A stretch of 64,000 bases of DNA, taken from Anthoceros angustus (lineage: Eukaryota; Plantae; Anthocerotophyta). The position numbers and the translations under genes are program-made. The notes beneath the pieces were generated by a model. It worked only from the letters and a program-made list of their open reading frames with translations, did no database searches and was not told the DNA's origin. Shown piece by piece: positions 63,531 through 64,000 of the stretch; position 1 is the stretch's first letter, and each line of letters begins with the position of its first letter. The DNA is taken from assembly GCA_010909165.1 (NCBI GenBank), contig MU008158.1, positions 831,478 to 895,477 of the forward strand, read 5' to 3'.

Positions 63531-64000
63531 CGAGAAACAACACTCTCCCTACGGTCGGTTGGCTTCAATTGATTAATGTCATCGTGTCTTACATCAATAA
63601 ACTCCACTCCCAAATCGGATCCAAGATTTCGTATCAGTTTTGATTACGTAGTTCTGAACAAACATAACCGCTCCAAAGCTTCAAACCACATAGCTACATC
63701 CAATTGGGTAAGATGTTGTATAAATGCCTTCAACCATGCTAAATGCGTGAGAGATGGATCGCGAAATGGGGTCGTGAATTGCATGGGATAAAAGTTAGGT
63801 GCGCGTCCAGTAGATGGCAGTTCGCCCGCTCGGAATTCGGGGCGTGGACTGGGAATAAAAGGTGCATTGGGAGTATAACGTGGGAACGCGTCACCTATGT
63901 CTGGCGTCCGCGAGCAAACGCGGGGGCGATGAAGTCATTGTTAACGAGCGAGCATCATTTCCAAGAGCAGTGGCACGCAAACTGAGGGAACGCACTCAAC

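Overview
Compact land-plant nuclear DNA, most likely a hornwort (inferred from ~80-130 bp introns, dense genes and a DYW:KP-type PPR gene). Left to right: an internally deleted Ty3/gypsy (Athila/Tat-like) LTR element on - (1-5730); degenerate repeats (6.2-10 kb); a complete Mutator-like element (10182-14214, 9-bp TSD, ~280-bp TIRs) with a decayed MULE/SWIM transposase and a convergent RPA70-C-like OB-fold/zinc-ribbon gene; organellar MnmG/GidA; a MUT9-like casein kinase 1; a ~49-bp minisatellite next to an orphan reading frame; HLB1; a PLS-PPR-E-DYW:KP candidate U-to-C editing factor; an intronless GCN1/ILITYHIA with a 1554-bp in-frame internal duplication (probably an assembly artefact); a TFIIF-beta gene with three homologous introns between diverged direct repeats; MED4; an internally deleted Ty1/copia element with short TG..TA LTRs; trihelix/Myb pseudogene fragments; three copies of a SINE/LINE-tail-like repeat; and a PLS-PPR pseudogene. 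Many frameshifts are 1-bp homopolymer deletions typical of unpolished long-read assembly. All family assignments are from motif recognition by eye; no database searches were run.
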